A stretch of DNA of 64,000 nt from Paramecium tetraurelia (lineage: Eukaryota). Below are positions 57,076 to 64,000 of this stretch, piece by piece. Below the pieces are notes generated by a model that was not told where the DNA came from, did no database searches, and saw nothing but the letters and a program-made list of their open reading frames with translations. Both the position numbers and the translations under genes were made by a program. Location: contig CT868574.1 in NCBI GenBank assembly GCA_000165425.1, positions 248,001-312,000 on the forward strand. Reading direction: 5' to 3'. Position 1 is the first letter of the stretch. The number at the start of each line of letters is the position of its first letter.

Positions 57076-59339
57076 TCATATGAAAATTTGTTATCCTTTC
57101 CGATTACAAATAGTGATTATTTAATTATTTTGACTAAGAATCAATTATCCTAAAATATAAATAAATTCTCAAATTTACCTTAAATAAAAACATAATCAAC
57201 TGATCCTAAAAATAATTTATTCTTGAAAATATGTTCATCGATTGAAAATGCAAATTGATGGTTAATTCTATCGAAGTTGAATTTCCATGCTTTCAAGGGA
57301 TCGAAAATCACCAAATCAGCAACCTTACCAATATCTATACTGCCTCGATTTTATAAATTTAAATATTAGGCTGGTCCAGATGACACCAATTGCTATAATT
57401 AAACTAGTTTCTCAACCATTCTTTTGTATCTTATATTATTCAAATCTTTCTTTTGGAAAACCTGTTTAATGAAATTTGGATCTTGGTTCTTCTTGCAAAA
57501 CAATAAGGTCCACAATGCTTAATAAGTGCAACCCAAACTACATAAGCCTCCAACTGCTCTTCGAAAATCTCCTGCCTCCACAAACTTGAATGTCTCATTA
57601 ACATACAAATGGGAACTAGAAATACTACTAATCCAATTATTCTGCAGTACTGCTTTCTATAATAGTTATTTATCATATTTCTATCTAATTGGAGGATCCG
57701 ACTTGTATTTAGTAACACCATCCTAAATGTCTTCACTATCCAACAATAAATAAGGATATGATATGTCACTATAAATTTGATTATTGATCATTTCCTTAAT
57801 TTCAACCAAAGCAAAGGAGGATGAATATCCATTCAATATGATATTGCATTTAGATTAGTATCTGAGTGCCTTCTTTACTTTATTGATAGCTAGTTTCTCC
57901 CAAGTTGCTGGTCTAAATGCTAGAAAACATAAGTAATCCCGATTGAACCTATTATTATTATTATTTTATTTTGGTCTCGATTCTGAAAAATTAAAATGCA
58001 TTTATTAGCTCTCTTTGTTTTCAACTTAATGCAAAACTAATGAAAATCCATTCTTTGATTATCTTCTATACAATAAACCCTAAGTAGTTTGAGCTCTTGA
58101 TCTGATCCTATGTAAGGATTTCAAAGAAGAACTATCAGGGGAAGATAGATCAGATGATTAAATAGACATTTAAGGAGTGTTCTTTCTTGTGGATTCTTGC
58201 TGATCCTTTATTAAACTTAAAGGAGATTCTTACTCCTATATTACTTACACATTTTCAATAACTGTATTATTATCAGATTTATTCTATTCCAATTAATTAT
58301 CTAATTCTTCTTCATTTGGAAACTTATAGTTCTATTCCATTTTTGGAGTTCTTTAATAGGTAATTAATTCAGCTCTACTTATTAATGATAATTATGATTA
58401 TTCAGTTACTTATTTAGACTTATACTTAAAAATATTGCTTTGTAATTTTGGAGAGGTAGGAATGTCATTCTGTTCATCAAAATATGATACTCTGTTTTCA
58501 TCTGAATTTTTATATTTTTTAACTAAATGTAAAATAACATCATTACCTATTTCTTTTATTGGAGAGTTACTCTCATTTAAATAATCAATCTATGATCGGA
58601 ATCCAAGATCATTATTCTATATACTTTCGTCATCACTTGTGCATGACCCAGATATTCCATCTGTATCAACCAATTCTAATTACGAAGTCACCAATCTCTC
58701 ATTAAAAGGCTTGCTTCTGAATGGAGATGTTATTCCCAAATCTTTATCTAAAGCACTTTAAGTGTGGATAAACAAGCATGATTTACTTGGTAGATTTTAA
58801 ATTATTTAAATAATTTGCTCATTGTCTTTGCAATATGTTCCTGAATATGATGGTACTAAATGACAGTCAAAACAAAATGCTCCCAATTTCAACAAACCAT
58901 TTATCTTTAAGTCATAATTCATATTTAAGTACATCCTAATAATTCTGCAACTTGGCCATTTGAATAAAGTCCGTCTAAGACTTTAAGTTCAATTATTCAA
59001 TCTGACTTGTGTACGTCTCCTAGGAACTCAACTCCATATCAAAAACAAAGGGTTTGTTAATAATAAGGGAAACTCCACCTATGATAGCCATTCTATTCAA
59101 AGTAACTCTTACTTAGTGAAGTCTTCAATATGATCCCATATACTAAGAGACACATTAGTATCAATAGCTGCTGCCATGATAATCTGATTCTCGTAGACAT
59201 ATTTTATAGGGTATTATTATATTATCATTTCGTCATAAGACTCTAAAATGTGTTTGATTAATCCATCCTCAATGCATATATATCCATTAATTAATTGATC
59301 CTTGTATAGAATATACCTTCCTTGTATTGAGTACTTCAT
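57076..59339 (-). CDS. Allantoinase-like amidohydrolase homologue (probable pseudoenzyme)
   Basis: IEDGLIK, MAIIGGVS, FLAFRPATWE, PYLLLDSEDIQDGVTKYKSDPPIR, GDFRRAVGGLCSLG, SSGPA..RGSIDIGKVADLVIFDP. Confidence 0.85.
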
Positions 59340-59970
59340 AAATTAATTTATATATTATGATTTCTACTGAAATCAATTCAAACGATGCTATTGTTAGATT
59401 TGATTAAATTGAAACCTAATGGAGTGATTAATTAAATAAAGTAACTAATATCTTCACCTACTGTCTTTAAGATGCATTAATACCTCAAAATTAGATACAA
59501 TCAAAATAAACCTAATTTTTCATGGATTGAATGCTCATTCTTTGGAAGATGAGTATATATATTTATGAGAGAAATAAAAAATAGAAAGAACAATTAAAGA
59601 TTATGATAGATTAATATCTAAAAGTATTCTAAACTCATAAAAAATGATTTTTGGAGACACAATACAGAATAATTATATCTTTTTGGTATGATTATATATC
59701 CAAATTATCCTCAACCTTAAACCTAATTTATGTTACTTTCTCTCTAACAATATCATTCCTTTATCTGTAATTGTTATTGACAATATTTGAGTATTTTCTT
59801 TATTTATTCAATATATAATTCAAATAGGAAGTTCAATTTTAAAAAATAAATTTATATTCACACATGAATTACTTTATAATGAACAGACTTACATGATATA
59901 AAGTGAAAAGTTAATACCTTAAAAAATTTCAATTATGTACTTGTTCAATTTATAATCATTAATAATTGAA

Positions 59971-59983
59971 ATAAAAATAAAAA
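59971..59983 (-). terminator. Pol III oligo-T terminator of the 5S gene
   Basis: TTTTTATTTTT immediately after the 5S 3' end. Confidence 0.75.
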
Positions 59984-60103
59984 GGGTTGTCAACACGAGG
60001 ACTTCCCAAGCGGTCCCCCACCTTAGTACTAACCTCGCCTTAAGCCGCTTAACTTCGGAGTTCGAATGGGATCCGGTGCTTTAGGCTTAGTATGGCCGAC
60101 AAC
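59984..60103 (-). rRNA. 5S ribosomal RNA
   Basis: GTTGTCGGCCATACTAAGCCTAAAGCACCGGATCCCATTCGAACTCCGAAGTTAAGC...AGTACTAAGGTGGGGGACCGCTTGGGAAGTCCTCGTGTTGACAACC; terminal stem pairs; 120 nt. Confidence 0.97.
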
Positions 60104-60125
60104 GATATTTACATTACTCTCTCGC

Positions 60126-60132
60126 TTTTATA
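60126..60132 (-). promoter_or_regulatory. TATA box upstream of 5S
   Basis: TATAAAA at -29..-23 from the 5S start. Confidence 0.5.
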
Positions 60133-60212
60133 GCATAGGTTCTATATTAATATAATGAATTTATATAATATATAAAATGTAACAGTTAAGGAAAAATGGA
60201 ATTAATTAATAT

Positions 60213-61598
60213 TCAAATCAAAGCTAATTTTTATCTTAATTTTTCAATATACTTTTCATTTTCTTCCTCTTCTAATTATTGCTATTTATTGAGCATAAAT
60301 CGTATTTCTCTTTCCTTACATTTTTTTTCTAATTCCATTATGGATTTCAAGACAGTTTAATACTTTTCTTCAAAGTGTATTGGCTTATTATCATTCAAGG
60401 ATGAAGGAAAGTTAGCAGAGTTGAGTCCTGATTTTAACAATTTTCTCTTGGATATTAAATTTTTATGATCTGTTGTATATGGTTTTTCTACATGTTCAAT
60501 TTTATCACTTTTTTTCATTTCAATCAAAGAGTTTTATCCTCTTTACCTAATATCATTCACACTTCTTCTCTCAGGGAGTATCAAGATTTTATCCACTTTC
60601 CTTTCTCCCAATAAACTTTATAATTTCTTTATATTTTATTTTGCAATGTCCAATTGATTCTTCTAAATGCTATTCTGTTCTTATGTTGGTTTAATTGGTG
60701 ATATGGAATGTCGAGCAATATCTTTAAGGAAACTATCCTTTACAGATTCTCCATATCTTTATTGTTTTTATTTCAATATTTTTTTTTGTTCTCCTGCTTA
60801 TTATTGAGAAAGCTTTAATTTGGCTTATTCCTCTTCAAGACGAACAAGAGTTGAACTTTTTGGGAACTTAATTAATTTCATTTTGAACTCTTCTTCTTGT
60901 TCTTGCTTTTATTGTTGTCTTTATTTCAATTTTTAGAATTTCTCTTCTTCATATCGTTTTTAATGCTCTGCCAACATATCTAATCTTATTGGTTAACTTA
61001 GTTCTCTCTTCTATGCTAAGATTACCTTGAAGTTATTAATATGTATTTACTTTCTTTTTCTCTAGTTCTGAAAGATTTAGAGCCTCATCTTTCAATTTAA
61101 TAACTTATTCCCTCAACTTTATTCTTTTCTATATTTACTTAATCAACTTATTCCCATCATGGTTTAATTTCTGTTGTTCTTCTCGATACAATTTATCCTC
61201 CATCATTTTTTATATTATTTACTCCCGTTTATTTTATTAAATTTGAGTTTAATCGTTGGGTGAAGAAAAATCTGAGTAAGACTTCTTTTGTGAACTTAAT
61301 AAATTTAATGAATGAATTCTTTCTCTACCTAACCTAAAGGACTATTAATCATTAACTGTTTTAGATTTGATTTATTAATTTATTGTAGAGACTTCTGACA
61401 CGTTCAATTCTAATCCATCATATAAATCAAATACAATTTTATTCATTTTGTCTCTCAGTTCAAAGTCAAATGGTAACTTTAGTTTATGGGTTTAATTACT
61501 TTTAAATTATCTTAGACGAGTTTGTAGAGCAACTATAAAGTAGGTTAAGATAAAACAATCTTGATCTTTTTGTTGTTGTAGTAAACAAAAATAATCAT
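60213..61598 (-). CDS. Coiled-coil hypothetical protein
   Basis: MIIFVYYNNKKIKIVL...IEKLRQKLALI*; K/E/Q-rich. Confidence 0.65.
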
Positions 61599-61688
61599 TT
61601 CTTAATTTATTAAATAAAACAAATAAAATTTTAGAATTGAATTTTAATCAAATACAAAAATCAAACAATTAACCAAAATTATATATAA

Positions 61689-62561
61689 TCAAATCTAATT
61701 ATTAAGCAATCTTAAAATCTTTTCATGAAGTTAGTTCAATTAATAAACTGTATTTTATTCTAATAAAATTAAATTGAGAATTTCTTATCCATGTATGTCA
61801 CTAGTATCATCTGTCTACACAAAAGCATCCACTATCATCACCGGCATTTTTTTATGCTATTTAGGAGTTATATTCTATTAAATCTAAATTTTTGGATGCT
61901 TTTATTATTTAATTTTCTAAAGTTCACTTTAATATTGAGCTAGCAATCTTTAATTTCTCAATACCTAGTCAGTTTTCTCATTCTATTTTTCCTTCTACTC
62001 CTTTGATACTTGAATAGTATAATTCTGTTATCCATTTATTTTAGGAGGAATCACAGAATTTGTATTTTCGGTAAATTTTTCCTCAGAATCATCCTAAATA
62101 ATCATAACTTTAGAGGTCTTTTATAAATTGGATAAATCCTAATAATCCGTTTTCCTTTTCCAATAATCAGGCTTGATTTGATTTTCTTTTTCCTATTTTT
62201 ATTCCTCTTTATTTACATCTTCATCACATTGTTGTTATTATTCTTAAAATTAAAATTAATGTTGATGTTATTATTATTTCCCAGCTTCTCTAAGTAAGTC
62301 TAAAAAAAAGATCTCTTTGTTTTTCTCTTGTAATTTGGACTGACTCTTTTTGTTGATTTTGCTAATTGAATCTTTAGGGACCTGCCTTTCTTACTTTTAA
62401 TCAAATACATCGAGCTCTATCATAAAATCTTCTCCATTTATTAATGTTTTCTTTTCAATTTCTTTAGCATATTTCTTATTCTCAGTTATTTTATTCATTT
62501 TCTATTAAGATGCATTTTTCATCCATTTTGAAAACTTAGTCTAACCAATTTATTCCTGCAT
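61689..62561 (-). CDS. Low-complexity hypothetical protein (290 aa)
   Basis: MQEQIGQTKFSKWMK...LRLLNNQI* continuous frame. Confidence 0.55.
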
Positions 62562-62835
62562 TAATCTTTATTTTCTATTGATATTTAATTGGTGCTCTTT
62601 CAATTATAAATTAGTATAAATCCTTTTAATTTTAAGGAAGATATAATTCTACTTATTTAAATAGTTTTTATTAATAATAATGTAAGATATTATTTTGTAT
62701 GTTAGAATCTCATAATATAATCAGATAAGGATATATCTTAAAGAAATATTGTAATTCTATTAAATAATTTTGTTAATTTTCTCTTACTTTATTAATATAA
62801 AAATCAAAGTAATTTATATTTAATTGATTTTATAA

Positions 62836-64000
62836 ATGAATTAATAGATACCAGAGATATTAGACACATAGGTAAAATATTTTGAAAATATGATAAGAAC
62901 GCTCAAAATAACCAATAAGGTGTGCCCTGTAATCCTTTCGGCTAGTAAGCATCAAGTAATTTCTTGGGCTAGAGCAACTAATAGTTTTCATAAATGTAAT
63001 ACCCTCCTATTCAATTTTCGAATAATATACTTGTAAATATTTTTCTCATATTAGCCTTAATTGCCTCCATAATTTCCTTAATCACCGAATTAATTCTAAT
63101 TCTAACCAAATTAGGGCTTCCCTCAAGCAGTACCACCAATGATGCCGAGAATGAATACTCCAAACGCCAACTCTATGATGTTTCAATTTCCTTAAAATAA
63201 TGGATTCTTTCCTCAGCCGCCAATGTTGTAAAAAAATCAAGTTAAAAATAATGATGATGAGGTATAAAAATTAAAAGAAAAAGTAAGAGATTAAGAAGCT
63301 GAAATTTAAAGATTAAAAAATAAATTAAGTACTATAACCGAGGAAAGTAATAGCCTTTAATAAAATTACAAAAATAAGGACAAAGAGAACGATGAGTTAA
63401 AAGGATCTTTATAAAAATCCAAAATATCATTTAATGATGAAATTGAAAATAGAAAACAATAATTATACATTTACCAACTAAGGTGTGAGGAGCTTGAGGA
63501 AAAAGAAAGAAAATCTGCACAAGCAAACAAAAAATTATAAAATGAAATTAATATTTTAAATGATGAATATCAATAATACAAAGAAAAAATAAACTAATTA
63601 CATTAAGTGAACAATGAAAGTTCGATAAAAACCCTTTAGTAAAGTAAAAATTTGGAAGATTTAAGAAATGAAATTGATAAACTCAATGATAAAGTCAATT
63701 CTTAAAATAATGAAATTTAATAAAAAGATTAATTGATTGAGACGCTAAAAAAAATCTAAAGTGACTACATTCAAAATAAATCTTATAACTAAGATGTTTC
63801 TTCTACCACTGATAAGGCTACTTTAATTTAATTAAATAAGGATTTAGAAAATAACATCAATATTCTAGAACATAATTATAAAGAACTTGAGACAAAATTC
63901 TAAATGCTTGAAATAGAAAATAAAATGCATTAAGATAAAGCAAAATTCTTTGAGGAATGTACAGAAGAGATGAGAAGTAAATTAGAATAGAATCAAAAAA
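62836..64000 (+). CDS. Coiled-coil protein, truncated by window edge
   Basis: MNQQIPEILDTQ, P/Q-rich segment, then heptad repeats to the window end. Confidence 0.65.

Overview
AT-rich, gene-dense eukaryotic DNA from a ciliate macronuclear-type genome, most consistent with Paramecium. TAA/TAG read as Gln, TGA is the only stop, introns are 20-32 nt GT..AG, and genes are often only 10-100 nt apart. The supplied standard-code ORF track is therefore mostly fragments or antisense shadows, so I re-translated genes by eye with code 6; some ends and intron choices are approximate. About 38 protein-coding genes and one 5S rRNA gene are visible. Recognisable products: an LC8-type dynein light chain, an FN3/RCC1 protein, a giant LamG/cysteine-repeat multipass receptor, CK1, MAST/Rim15-like kinase, NadD, C2H2 finger, CFAP36-like, RPS3, MORN proteins, SYS1, LRR-TKL kinase, DUSP, an MDR oxidoreductase and CNBD proteins. 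No transposon, CRISPR array, tRNA or telomere was seen. The most notable items are a stop/start ATGA overlap between the MAST-like kinase and NadD, an ATPase-less CHD-type SANT/SLIDE + FYR protein, an intact allantoinase homologue with no metal ligands, a CNBD channel homologue with no K+ filter, an acylated SILK/RVxF PP1-docking candidate, and two divergent genes whose ATGs are 7 nt apart.
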